From positions 7,132-71,131 of the forward strand of contig JAHWJU010000002.1 of assembly GCA_019348255.1 (NCBI GenBank): a stretch of 64,000 nucleotides of DNA, given 5' to 3'. The notes under the pieces are model-generated. The model ran no database searches, was not told the DNA's origin, and saw only the letters and a list, made by a program, of their open reading frames with translations. Shown one piece after another: positions 1 through 8,226 of this stretch. The stretch's first letter is position 1; each line of letters starts with the position of its first letter. This DNA comes from Actinomycetota bacterium. GTDB lineage: Bacteria > Actinomycetota > Acidimicrobiia > Acidimicrobiales > CADCTF01. Both the position numbers and the translations under genes were made by a program.

Positions 1-429
1 GAGCGGGTGCAGGACCTGGTGGTGCGCCTCGGCCTTGCGCCTCAGGTGCGCTTCTTCGCCCCGCAGCCCCACGAGCTTCTCTCCACCTTCTACCGGGCCG
101 CCGACGTGTGCGTCGTACCCAGCCGATCGGAGTCCTTCGGGTTGGTGGCCCTGGAGGCGGCCGCCTGCGGCACGCCGGTGGTCGCCTCGGCTGTAGGCGG
201 CCTCACGAGCCTGGTTAGGAACGGCGAGACCGGCTTGCTGATCGACAGCCGCCGGCCCGGTGACTTCGCGGACGCCATCGCCCAGGTCCTGGCTGACGAT
301 GACCTGGCCTGGAGGCTCGGGCGCCGAGCGGCTGAACACGCCCGGGGCTACACCTGGACGGTGGCCGCGGCTCGGCTCCGGCGTCTCTACGCCAAGCTGA
401 CCGCCCGCCAGCTCGTCGAGTGTTCATAG
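1..429 (+). CDS. Glycosyltransferase family 4 (GT-B), C-terminal fragment; 5' end outside the window (MshA/PimA-like)
   Basis: Frame of ORF 7..429 stays open to position 1. Translation carries the GT4 C-terminal signature VVPSRSESFGLVALEAAACGTPVVAS...GETGLL. Confidence 0.75.
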   Translation, partial: ERVQDLVVRLGLAPQVRFFAPQPHELLSTFYRAADVCVVPSRSESFGLVALEAAACGTPVVASAVGGLTSLVRNGETGLLIDSRRPGDFADAIAQVLADDDLAWRLGRRAAEHARGYTWTVAAARLRRLYAKLTARQLVECS

Positions 430-656
430 ACGCGCCCGCCGCTCTCGAAGGTCACCGTCGTCTTGAACCACTCCGGGGGCGGCGGTACGGTGACTTCCGA
501 CGAGCCCGAGGGGCGGAACGGCGTCATTCGTTCGGGGAAGTGCGAATGGGGCCGGGAGGTTCCTCGGGCTCCGTCGCGCCGCAACGGAGAACGTTGCGCC
601 CGTGTTGTGCCACGAAGTAGCTTGAGCAGCTGAACAGGCTTTGGCGGGCCAAGACC

Positions 657-1802
657 ATGACTCCACCTCGTCGCCTCGCGTCCATCGCCCTCGTGGCCGC
701 CTTGGTGGTGGCGGCGGCTTCCCCCGCGGGCGCGGCCACGTCCACCGCCACGGCCCGCAAGCGTCAGGAACAGGTCCGCAAGGCCAGGGCGGAGAAGGCG
801 AAGCAGCTCAACGGGCTCAAGGCTTCCGACGCCCAGCTCGACCGGGCCGTGAACGCGTTGTCGGTTCAGGTCAAGGCCCAGGGGGCGAAGTTGGCCTCCG
901 CCCGCCAGGCCGTGGGGGCCGCCGAGGCTTCGGTGCGCCAGGCCGAGATCCGCATCGCCGCCACCGAGCGCGACATGACGGCCCTGTCCGGGGCGGTCCT
1001 CAACCGGGCGGTTGCCGCCTACGTACGTCCCCAGCAGTCGACCTTCACCGAGATCGCCGACTCCCGCGACCTGGGTGAAGCGAGCCGGCGGGCCTCGCTG
1101 CTGCGCCAGGTGGCCAACAAAGACCGCGACGTCATCGACCGTCTGCGGGCGGTCAAGGAGGACCTCGGCATCGAGCGGGAGAAGGCGGACGCGGCCCGCC
1201 AGGTTGCGGCCAAGCGCAGGGAGGCGGAGCGAGCGGAGCTCATGACCCTGCAGGAGAACCTGAAGGAAAAGGCGCGGCTGGAGCGGGCGCTGGCGGCTCG
1301 CATCCAAGCTGTGACCGCTGAGGTCGACGCTCTGGCCCGGGAGGACGCGGCGGTCACCGAACTGATCCGCCGCAAGGCTGCCGAACGGGCTTCCCGCGGC
1401 AACCTCGCCCCCGACACCGGAGGGCGCGTCTCCGGCGCCGGCCTGCGCTGGCCTGTCGGCGGACCGGTCACCTCGGAGTTCGGCTCGCGGTGGGGCCGGC
1501 TCCACGCCGGCATCGACATCGGATCCGGGAGCGGCACTCCGATACGCGCGGCCAAGGCCGGCACCGTCATCTTCGCCGGATCCCAAGGCGGGTATGGCAA
1601 CGTCGTCATCATCGACCACGGGGGCGGGCTCACCACCCTCTACGCCCACCAGAGCCGTCTGGGGACCAACGACGGTGCGGAGGTGAGCCAGGGCGAGGTC
1701 GTGGGCTTCGTCGGCTCCACCGGTCACTCGACCGGGCCCCACCTCCACTTCGAGACCCGGGTCGGGGGCTCACCGCAGAACCCGCGGCGTTACCTCCCGT
1801 AG
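657..1802 (+). CDS. Secreted M23 family metallopeptidase with N-terminal coiled-coil region
   Basis: Signal peptide (LASIALVAALVVAAASPAGA), then a long Ala/Arg/Glu-rich coiled-coil-like region. C-terminal M23 motifs: HAGIDIG...GNVVIIDHGGGLTTLYAHQS...GSTGHSTGPHLHFE. Confidence 0.85.
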   Translation: MTPPRRLASIALVAALVVAAASPAGAATSTATARKRQEQVRKARAEKAKQLNGLKASDAQLDRAVNALSVQVKAQGAKLASARQAVGAAEASVRQAEIRIAATERDMTALSGAVLNRAVAAYVRPQQSTFTEIADSRDLGEASRRASLLRQVANKDRDVIDRLRAVKEDLGIEREKADAARQVAAKRREAERAELMTLQENLKEKARLERALAARIQAVTAEVDALAREDAAVTELIRRKAAERASRGNLAPDTGGRVSGAGLRWPVGGPVTSEFGSRWGRLHAGIDIGSGSGTPIRAAKAGTVIFAGSQGGYGNVVIIDHGGGLTTLYAHQSRLGTNDGAEVSQGEVVGFVGSTGHSTGPHLHFETRVGGSPQNPRRYLP

Positions 1803-2599
1803 TGACGAGCCGCCTGTGCCTGGTGGGCGGCGGCCGCATGGGCGAGGCATTGCTGGCCGGGCTGCTGACCGCCCGATGGGCTCCGGTGGAGGATCTGGCC
1901 GTGGCCGAGCCGGTGGCAGAGAGGCGCGAGCAGCTCGCTCGACGGTTCCCCGGGCTCCTGGTCGCCCCCGAACCGGTGCGGGCCGACGGGGCCGTGGTGG
2001 CGGTGAAGCCCGCCGACGTGGAAGCGGCCTGCTCCGCCATCGTCGCCGCCGGCCCGCCGATGCGGGTGCTCTCCATCGCCGCCGGAGTGCCTCTGCGCCG
2101 CCTCGAGCGGGTGCTCGGCCCTGAGGCCAAGGTGGTCAGAGCCATGCCCAACACCCCGGCGCTGGTCGGGGCGGGGGCGGCTGCCATTTCCGCGGGGACG
2201 TCGGCGTCTCCGGAGGACCTCGACTGGGCGGAGGGCCTCCTCAGTGCGGTGGGAACCGTCGTGCGAGTGCCCGAGGTCCTCCTGGACGCGGTCACCGGGC
2301 TCTCGGGCTCCGGGCCGGCGTACGTGTTCTTGGTGGTGGAGGCGTTGGTCGAGGCGGGCGTGCTGGCCGGCCTGCCCCGCGACGTCAGCGCCCGGCTCAC
2401 TACGCAGACCGTGCTGGGCGCGGCCCGCATGTTGGCCGAGACCGGCGAGGCCCCCGAAGCCCTGCGGGCCGCAGTCACCTCACCCGGTGGCACCACCGCC
2501 GCCGGGCTGCGGGCTCTGGAGGCGGCCGGCGTCCGGTCGGCGTTCCTGGAAGCCGTGGCTGCAGCCACCGGCCGCTCCCGGGAGCTGGGCGCCGGCTGA
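1802..2599 (+). CDS. proC: Pyrroline-5-carboxylate reductase
   Basis: Rossmann motif LCLVGGGRMGEAL, then MPNTPALVGAGA and the C-terminal TSPGGTTAAGL motif. GTG at 1802 overlaps the upstream TAG by 1 nt. The part of ORF 1490..2599 upstream of 1802 overlaps the M23 gene in another frame. Confidence 0.85.
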   Translation: MTSRLCLVGGGRMGEALLAGLLTARWAPVEDLAVAEPVAERREQLARRFPGLLVAPEPVRADGAVVAVKPADVEAACSAIVAAGPPMRVLSIAAGVPLRRLERVLGPEAKVVRAMPNTPALVGAGAAAISAGTSASPEDLDWAEGLLSAVGTVVRVPEVLLDAVTGLSGSGPAYVFLVVEALVEAGVLAGLPRDVSARLTTQTVLGAARMLAETGEAPEALRAAVTSPGGTTAAGLRALEAAGVRSAFLEAVAAATGRSRELGAG

Positions 2600-2687
2600 G
2601 CCCAGCCTCATCCGCCACAACAGCCCCTCTTTCCACACCGGCCACCGTGGCGTATCGTCGGCGCTGCGGAGAAGGGGTGATTCCACG

Positions 2688-2882
2688 ATGTCGCAGTCAC
2701 GGCCACGAGCAGCGTTCCTGACGGTCGCGGAGGTCGCGGCCATGTTGCGGGTGTCGAACATGACGGTCTACCGCCTCATCAACGCCGGCGCCCTGCCGGC
2801 GGTGCGGGTCGGCAAGTCCTATCGCCTCACCGAGCAGGACGTGGACAGCTACCTGCAGCGGTCCTACACCGAGACGGCCTGA
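2688..2882 (+). CDS. Small excisionase-family (MerR-like) helix-turn-helix DNA-binding protein
   Basis: 64-aa product: LTVAEVAAMLRVSNMTVYRLINAGALPAVRVGKSYRL. RBS-like GGAGAAGGGG lies upstream of ATG 2688. The position next to proC recalls the Rv0500A-type arrangement (from memory). Confidence 0.7.
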   Translation: MSQSRPRAAFLTVAEVAAMLRVSNMTVYRLINAGALPAVRVGKSYRLTEQDVDSYLQRSYTETA

Positions 2883-2932
2883 GCCGGCGGCCCCGGCCGC
2901 TGCGCTGTCGACGCGGGTAGCGTCGCCGCGAC

Positions 2933-3745
2933 ATGGGCCGCGGCTACGACACGGTGAGCTTCCTGTCCGACTACGGAACCGCCGACGAGTTCGTGGGCGT
3001 GGTCAAGTCGGTCATCCGCACCGTCGCCCCCGCATCACTCGTCATCGACATCACCCACGAGGTGCCACCCCACGACGTGCGGGCCGGAGGCCTGACCCTG
3101 GTCCGCAGCGCCCAGTACCTGGCGCCGGGCGTCATCCTGGCCGTCGTGGACCCCGGGGTGGGGACCGAACGGCGGGCGGTGGCGGTCGAGGTGGCCGGTG
3201 GCGAGGGAGTCTTCGTCGGCCCCGACAACGGCCTACTGGCGCCGGCCGTCGCCATGACCGGTGGCGCGGAGCGGGCGGTGGAGCTGACCAACACGGCCTA
3301 CCACCTGCCCGCCCCCGGGCCCACCTTCGCCGGCCGTGACGTCTTCGCGCCCGTCGCCGCCCACCTCTGCCGGGGGGTCGACCTCTTCGACCTGGGCGAG
3401 CCAGTCGACCCGATCACCCTGCGGCCCGGCATCCTTCCCTTGAGCGACGTGGAGGATGGCGTCGTGAAGGCCGAGGTGCTCTGGGTGGATCGCTTCGGCA
3501 ACGTGCAGCTCAACCTCGGGCCCGACGAGATCTCCGCTCTGGGGGAGCGCATCCGGGTGCGCTTCGGGCAATCGAAGGTGCGCAGCGGCCGTCTGGTCCA
3601 CACCTATGGCCAGCTCCGCCAAGGCGAGCTCGGGATCGTCGTCGACAGCTACGGGTTGGTGTCGCTCGCCTTCGACCGCATGTCGGCCGCCTCGGAGCTG
3701 CGGGTCGGCCCCGGCGACCCCGTCTCCCTGGAAACCAGCTCCTAG
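2933..3745 (+). CDS. SAM hydrolase / SAM-dependent halogenase family protein (DUF62-type)
   Basis: N-terminal FLSDYGTADEFVGVVKSVI...IDITHEVPPHDV...VVDPGVGTERR pattern typical of this family; 270 aa. Confidence 0.7.
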   Translation: MGRGYDTVSFLSDYGTADEFVGVVKSVIRTVAPASLVIDITHEVPPHDVRAGGLTLVRSAQYLAPGVILAVVDPGVGTERRAVAVEVAGGEGVFVGPDNGLLAPAVAMTGGAERAVELTNTAYHLPAPGPTFAGRDVFAPVAAHLCRGVDLFDLGEPVDPITLRPGILPLSDVEDGVVKAEVLWVDRFGNVQLNLGPDEISALGERIRVRFGQSKVRSGRLVHTYGQLRQGELGIVVDSYGLVSLAFDRMSAASELRVGPGDPVSLETSS

Positions 3746-3754
3746 GCTGGGACC

Positions 3755-3844
3755 GTGCGTCCCGGAACCACCATCGTGATCGGCCTGTTGCTCGTGCTGA
3801 TCTTCGGGGCTTCGATGTTGCAGCTCCTGGTGCTCGCCGACTGA
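3755..3844 (+). CDS. Candidate 29-aa single-TM hydrophobic micro-protein (possibly leaderless)
   Basis: GTG at 3755, TGA at 3842-3844; product VRPGTTIVIGLLLVLIFGASMLQLLVLAD. A TAGGCT -10-like hexamer (3743-3748) ends 6 nt before the GTG. No homology evidence is available. Confidence 0.25.
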   Translation: MRPGTTIVIGLLLVLIFGASMLQLLVLAD

Positions 3845-3853
3845 GGCGACCGG

Positions 3854-4270
3854 CTAGCGGCGCAGGCCCTGGGTGAGCCGCCGGATCTCCTGTTCGAGCG
3901 GGCCCAGGCCCTCCACCTTGCCTAGGCACACCGCCACCCCGATCTCGGCGGCCGTGCGCTCGACCTCTTCGTCCACGAACGCCGTGTAGAGGATCACGTG
4001 CTGGTCCGGGCGCCGCTCGCGGATCCGCCGGGCCGTCTCCAGGCCGTTCATGGCCGGCATCTTGTAGTCGATCACCACCACGTCGGGATCGGCCTCGACC
4101 ACCGCCTCGATGGCCGACGGCCCGTCGGAGGCACCACCCACCACCTCGAAGCCGTCGACGCTCAACATGGTGGTGAGCATGCGACGGACGTGATCGGTGT
4201 CGTCCACCACGAGAACACGGATTGCAGGCGGCACAGGAGCGCCAGGGTAGGCCATGTCGTAACGGGTCAT
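3854..4270 (-). CDS. Stand-alone response regulator (receiver domain only)
   Basis: VLVVDDTDHVRRML...DVVVIDYKMPAMNGLE...ILYTAF receiver motifs, 138 aa, no output domain. ATGA overlap with the upstream CAP gene (4267-4270). Confidence 0.85.
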   Translation of the reverse strand: MTRYDMAYPGAPVPPAIRVLVVDDTDHVRRMLTTMLSVDGFEVVGGASDGPSAIEAVVEADPDVVVIDYKMPAMNGLETARRIRERRPDQHVILYTAFVDEEVERTAAEIGVAVCLGKVEGLGPLEQEIRRLTQGLRR

Positions 4271-5061
4271 CGCCCCTGATCCAGCGATCGCAGGCCCTCG
4301 AGCACCTGCAGCAGGCGGTCGGAGGGCACCAGGGGCCGGTGTGCGGCGCCCACCGCCTGCGCCTCGGGGGCCGGCGCCGGAGAGGGCGGAGGGGCCGGCG
4401 CCGGAGAGGGCGGAGTGGCCAGCGCCGGGGTCGCCGTTGGGCGAGGTGCCGGCGGGCGGGAGGCCTGCACCCGCGGGCGGGCCGTGGTGGCGGTGGCCGC
4501 CGGCGCAGGGGCCGTGGGGGCGGGAGCGCTGGGAGCGGGGGTTGCGGTGGTGGGCGGGGCGGACGCGGCGGTCGTCGGCGGCGCGCTACCGCCCCCGCCA
4601 CTGCGCAGCCGCATGAATATCTCGGTGACCCACATGCGCCCCTTGGCATCGGTGACGACCCCGACGCCGGCGAAGGTGAAGGCCGGGTCCAGGATCTTCG
4701 ACCGGTGCGACGAGCTGGCCATGAAGGCGGCGTGGACCTCGTCTACGGACGGCCCCACCCCCACGTTCTCCGCCAGCTTCTCCCAGTCCTGGGTCACCTC
4801 GGACGTGAGGTTGGGGTTGTGGGACAGGCTCTGGGCCTGCGCCATCTTCGCCGACCACCGTCGGGCCACAGCGGTGAGCTCGGCATCGGTGCGGAGCGTG
4901 CCCATACCCTTGTCGGCACGGGCTTCGTTGGCCCGCGCGACGAACGCGGCCTCGGCGCCGGCGTCGGCCGTCGCCGCGCTGGGCAGGAGCGCGCCAACCA
5001 GCCCGGCGCAGACGGCCACGGCCAGCATGACGCCCCGGTGCCGGCGCCGCAGGGGCCTCAT
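4267..5061 (-). CDS. Secreted CAP/SCP (PR-1-like) domain protein with long Pro/Ala/Thr-rich C-terminal tail
   Basis: Signal peptide (MLAVAVCAGLVGALLPSAATA). CAP motifs: LTAVARRWSAKMA...SHNPNL...ENVGVG...HAAFMASSSHRSKILDP...GVGVV. Then a ~100-aa PA-rich tail. Confidence 0.8.
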   Translation of the reverse strand: MRPLRRRHRGVMLAVAVCAGLVGALLPSAATADAGAEAAFVARANEARADKGMGTLRTDAELTAVARRWSAKMAQAQSLSHNPNLTSEVTQDWEKLAENVGVGPSVDEVHAAFMASSSHRSKILDPAFTFAGVGVVTDAKGRMWVTEIFMRLRSGGGGSAPPTTAASAPPTTATPAPSAPAPTAPAPAATATTARPRVQASRPPAPRPTATPALATPPSPAPAPPPSPAPAPEAQAVGAAHRPLVPSDRLLQVLEGLRSLDQGR

Positions 5062-5675
5062 GAGGAGTCCAGCGCGCGCAACAGATGCAGCACGAGGACC
5101 AGCCGGGCGGTTGCCAGGGGGACGGCGGACGGAAGCTCGGGGAAGGGCCGGGTGGCGGCGTCCCCCGTGGCCGAGCTCGACGGCGCCGGCGTAGCCGTGG
5201 CTCGGGATGCCGGCGCTGACGGCCGCAGCTGCATGAACTGGTGGGCGGTGAAGAGGGCGCCGCCCCGCCCCACCACGACGCCTACTCCCACGTGCCGGTA
5301 CCTAGGCTCCACCAGGTTGCGGTAGTGGGTGGGGCTGGCGACGAAAGCGGCATGCAGCTCGCCCACGGTGGTGCCCACCCCGACGTTCTCGCCCAGCTTC
5401 TGCCAGTCGGCCTGCACCACCTTGTCGAGCTTCGGGTTGTGCGAGATGCGATCCACCCTCGCCATCGCCGCCGCCCAGGATCGGGCCACCGCCGTCAGCT
5501 CCGGATGGAGGCCGAGCTGGGGCAGCCCCTTGGCCGCCCGCAGGCCGTTGATCCTGGCCACGAACTCCCGCTCGGCTTCGAGGGGCGAGGGTGGGACCTG
5601 GGCCGCCGCCGGCCCCACCGGCGCGACCAAGGCCCCGAGCACGGTCGCGAGGAGCAGGAAGGCCGAACGGCGCAC
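5058..5675 (-). CDS. Secreted CAP/SCP domain protein (paralogue of 4267..5061)
   Basis: GTG 5675 precedes the signal peptide VRRSAFLLLATVLGALVAPVGPAAA. CAP motifs: LTAVARSWAAAMA...SHNPKL...ENVGVG...HAAFVASPTHYRNLVEP...GVGVV. ATGA overlap with the downstream paralogue. The ORF part upstream of 5675 has no domain support. Confidence 0.75.
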   Translation of the reverse strand: MRRSAFLLLATVLGALVAPVGPAAAQVPPSPLEAEREFVARINGLRAAKGLPQLGLHPELTAVARSWAAAMARVDRISHNPKLDKVVQADWQKLGENVGVGTTVGELHAAFVASPTHYRNLVEPRYRHVGVGVVVGRGGALFTAHQFMQLRPSAPASRATATPAPSSSATGDAATRPFPELPSAVPLATARLVLVLHLLRALDSS

Positions 5676-5892
5676 CTCGGTGGCATCGACCCGACGGGCA
5701 CAACGGTTGAGGCCGTCCCCCCCGACGGCGGCCCAATCCCCCGAAAGGGGGGCAACCGGAAGGCGCCGGCCGCCCGCACCGGGCGGACCAGACGCCCCGC
5801 CGGCTACGACGCGACGCCCACCTCGGTACGGGGCCGAGACGATCCTCGGCCGCAACTTGCGGAACCGGGCCGGGCCAGCGAGCGTACGGGAC

Positions 5893-7389
5893 GTGAACCT
5901 GGCGACGATCATCGAGGGCCATCCGCAAGACGCGGTGGCCTTCGTCAGCCGAGGCGTGCCCACCACCTACGGCGAGCTGCGAGGCCGGGTGGCCGAGCTG
6001 CGCAGCGGGCTGGCGCTCCTCGGGGTGACGCCGGGGGACCGGGTGGCCATCGTCTCGGCCAACAACTGGTTGTTCGTCGTCAGCTACCTGGCGGTGACCG
6101 GCGTCGGCGCGGTGGCCGTGCCCCTCAACCCGACCAGCCCTTCGTCGGAGTTGCAGAGCGAGCTGTCGGCGGTGGGGGCGCGGCTGGCCATAGTCGGCCC
6201 CGGCGCCGCCGGAGCCATGGCCGGACTTGCCCCGGGGGCGACTTCCGTGGAGCGGGTGATCGTGCCCGACGGAGTGGAGCTGCCAGGAGCCACCCCCTTC
6301 GAGCAGCTGCTGGGCGGTGAGCCGGCGCCGGTGGTCGAGCGGGCCGATCACGACCTGGCGGTGCTGATGTTCACCGCCGGCACGAGCGGGGCTCCCCGGG
6401 CGGCCATGCTGAGCCATGGGAACCTGCGGTCCAACCTCGACCAGATGCAGCGCCATCCCGGCAGCGCCCTCAGCGCTGCCGACGTCTGCCTCGGCGTCCT
6501 GCCGATGTTCCACATCTTCGGGTTGAACGTGCTGTTGGGCCTCAGTCTCCACGCCGGCGCCTCGGTGGTGCTGATCGAGAGGTTCGACCCGGTGTCGGCG
6601 CTGGAGTCGATCCGCAACCACGGGATCACCGTGGTCGCCGGCGCCCCGCCGATGTTCCAGGCGTGGGCCGCGCTGGCGGAGCCGGACCCGGCGGCCATGG
6701 CAACGGTTCGCCTCGCCGTCTCGGGAGCGGCCCCCCTTCTCCCGCAGGTTGCTTCGGCTTTCGAGGCTCGTTTCGGGCGTCCCCTGTTCCAGGGCTACGG
6801 CCTCACCGAGGCCTCCCCTACCGTCAGCTCGTCCGTCATCGGCGGCATCCCCAAGCGCGGCTCGATCGGCCTTCCGCTTCCGGGCGTGGAGGTGCGCCTG
6901 GTGGACGAAGAGGGTGAAGACTCGTTGGTCGGCGACGCCGGGGAGATCCGGGTGCGGGGGCCGAACGTCTTCGCCGGCTACTGGGAGGATCCGGCCGCGT
7001 CCTCCGCCGTGCTGGGCGAGGACGGATGGCTGCGCACCGGCGACGTCGCCGTGGCCGATGACGACGGCTACCTCTACATCGTCGACCGGGCCAAGGACCT
7101 CATCCTGGTCTCGGGCTTCAACGTCTACCCGGCCGAGGTCGAAGAGGCGCTCCTCGACCACCCGGGGATCGCCGAGGTGGCGGTGGTGGGCGTGGGCCAC
7201 CCCCAAACCGGGGAGACGGTCAAGGCCTTCGTGGTAGCGGGACCCGGCCACCACCTGGAGGAGGACCAGGTGATCGACTTCTGCGCCTCGCGGTTGGCGC
7301 GCTACAAGTGCCCGACGAAGGTCGTCTTCATCCCCGAGCTGCCGCACGGGCTGGGCGGGAAGCTGTTGCGCCGGGCTCTTCAGAGCTAG
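5893..7389 (+). CDS. AMP-dependent acyl-CoA synthetase (FadD-like fatty-acid--CoA ligase)
   Basis: AMP-binding motifs: MFTAGTSGAPRAAMLSHGN, GYGLTEASP, TGDVAVADDDGYLYIVDRAKDLI, and C-terminal GKLLRR. GTG 5893 gives a 498-aa protein; the ORF upstream of it is Arg/Pro-rich read-through. Confidence 0.85.
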   Translation: MNLATIIEGHPQDAVAFVSRGVPTTYGELRGRVAELRSGLALLGVTPGDRVAIVSANNWLFVVSYLAVTGVGAVAVPLNPTSPSSELQSELSAVGARLAIVGPGAAGAMAGLAPGATSVERVIVPDGVELPGATPFEQLLGGEPAPVVERADHDLAVLMFTAGTSGAPRAAMLSHGNLRSNLDQMQRHPGSALSAADVCLGVLPMFHIFGLNVLLGLSLHAGASVVLIERFDPVSALESIRNHGITVVAGAPPMFQAWAALAEPDPAAMATVRLAVSGAAPLLPQVASAFEARFGRPLFQGYGLTEASPTVSSSVIGGIPKRGSIGLPLPGVEVRLVDEEGEDSLVGDAGEIRVRGPNVFAGYWEDPAASSAVLGEDGWLRTGDVAVADDDGYLYIVDRAKDLILVSGFNVYPAEVEEALLDHPGIAEVAVVGVGHPQTGETVKAFVVAGPGHHLEEDQVIDFCASRLARYKCPTKVVFIPELPHGLGGKLLRRALQS

Positions 7390-8089
7390 CGGCGAGAGCC
7401 CGCGGCGGCCGGGGGCCGCGGGGGCGGGGAGCCGGCGCGCCCCCCGTCGCCAACAGGAAGCCGGCGAACATCACGCTGATCCCGACCACGAGGGTGACAG
7501 CGAAGGCATCCATCTCCCCCAGCACCGAGTTGAGGAGCCCACTGGCGGACAGGACGAGGGTCCCGAGGGCGATGAGGGCGTTGGCTGCAACCAGGCGTCC
7601 CCGACGGTGCCTCCAGGCGCTCCAGGCGGCGCCGGCGAAGATCGTCATCGCCCCGGCCCCCGAGGCCACGGCAGCCAGGATGCGGGGCGCGGGCCCGAAC
7701 ACCTGCGATCCCCGTACAAGTTCGTGGGCCGGGATCGGGCCGGTGAGGGGAGAGAACAGCACCACCCCCGCCGCGAAGGCGCACAGCAGGCTCACCACGA
7801 CTGCCACCTGGTCGCCACGACGCTCGCCGCCGAGGAGGTAGACGGTGCCGAGCGCCAGGAAGGGCACGTTCACGATGGCGCCGAACAGGTAGAAGATCCG
7901 GAACGTCACGGCGTCCCAGCCCATGGAGGCGCCGGCGGCCAGGGCGAAGGCGGCGATGCTGAAGAAGGCCAGCGCCACCGACCAGGCCAGCTCGTGGCGG
8001 CGCCGGCGGCCCAACCACCGCTCGAACGTGCACAGGGCGAAGGCGGCCGACACGAGTGCGGCGGCGACGGCGAGGGCGCTGTGCAGCAT
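7328..8089 (-). CDS. Polytopic membrane protein, unknown function
   Basis: ATG 8089. About 7 hydrophobic segments and a disordered Pro/Arg-rich C-terminus that overlaps the convergent fadD-like 3' end by 62 nt. Confidence 0.5.
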   Translation of the reverse strand: MLHSALAVAAALVSAAFALCTFERWLGRRRRHELAWSVALAFFSIAAFALAAGASMGWDAVTFRIFYLFGAIVNVPFLALGTVYLLGGERRGDQVAVVVSLLCAFAAGVVLFSPLTGPIPAHELVRGSQVFGPAPRILAAVASGAGAMTIFAGAAWSAWRHRRGRLVAANALIALGTLVLSASGLLNSVLGEMDAFAVTLVVGISVMFAGFLLATGGAPAPRPRGPRPPRALAASSEEPGATASRPARAAARG

Positions 8090-8168
8090 CGGGAACCATC
8101 GTGGCGCGCCGGCGCCCCCTAGCCCAACTGGGAGGACGCAGCGCAGTCGTGCGACCGAGGGGGGCTCT

Positions 8169-8186
8169 TTGTGAACGGACGCACGA
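8169..8186. promoter_or_regulatory. Candidate Rex operator upstream of rex (autoregulation)
   Basis: TTGTGAACGGACGCACGA matches the TTGTGAA-N4-TTCACAA Rex consensus at 11 of 14 defined positions. The left half-site is perfect. It lies 5 nt upstream of a TACGAT -10-like hexamer (8192-8197). Confidence 0.4.
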
Positions 8187-8226
8187 GGCCGTACGATCAA
8201 TCACGCGATGCTGACCAGGAGCCGCC

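Noticed and set aside
430-656. The 227-nt leader upstream of the M23 peptidase as a c-di-AMP (ydaO-type) riboswitch. That class often precedes cell-wall hydrolase genes in Actinobacteria.
   Set aside because: I see local hairpins (for example CGCAACG-GAGAA-CGTTGCG) and GGGGA/GAAUGGGG strings, but I could not align them to the ydaO consensus order as I remember it. cmsearch with Rfam RF00379 would settle it: a hit above the gathering threshold would overturn this rejection.
387-1748. 453-aa minus-strand ORF antisense to the M23 peptidase gene. Similar long antisense or alternative-frame ORFs occur at 5302..7347(-), 9166..11016(-), 11249..13363(-), 14191..16488(-), 22888..24228(-), 50812..52614(-) and 54472..56217(-).
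   Set aside because: Each fully overlaps a gene with clear domain motifs on the other strand or frame. Their products are Arg/Gly/Pro/Ala-rich with no recognisable motifs, which is the usual stop-codon-poor artefact of high-GC DNA.
5738-5851. Hairpins in the CAP/fadD divergent region: CCCCC-GAAA-GGGGG at 5738-5751 and GGCCGAG-N6-CTCGGCC at 5832-5851.
   Set aside because: Short GC-rich stems are expected by chance in this composition. There is no second copy or covariation to support function.
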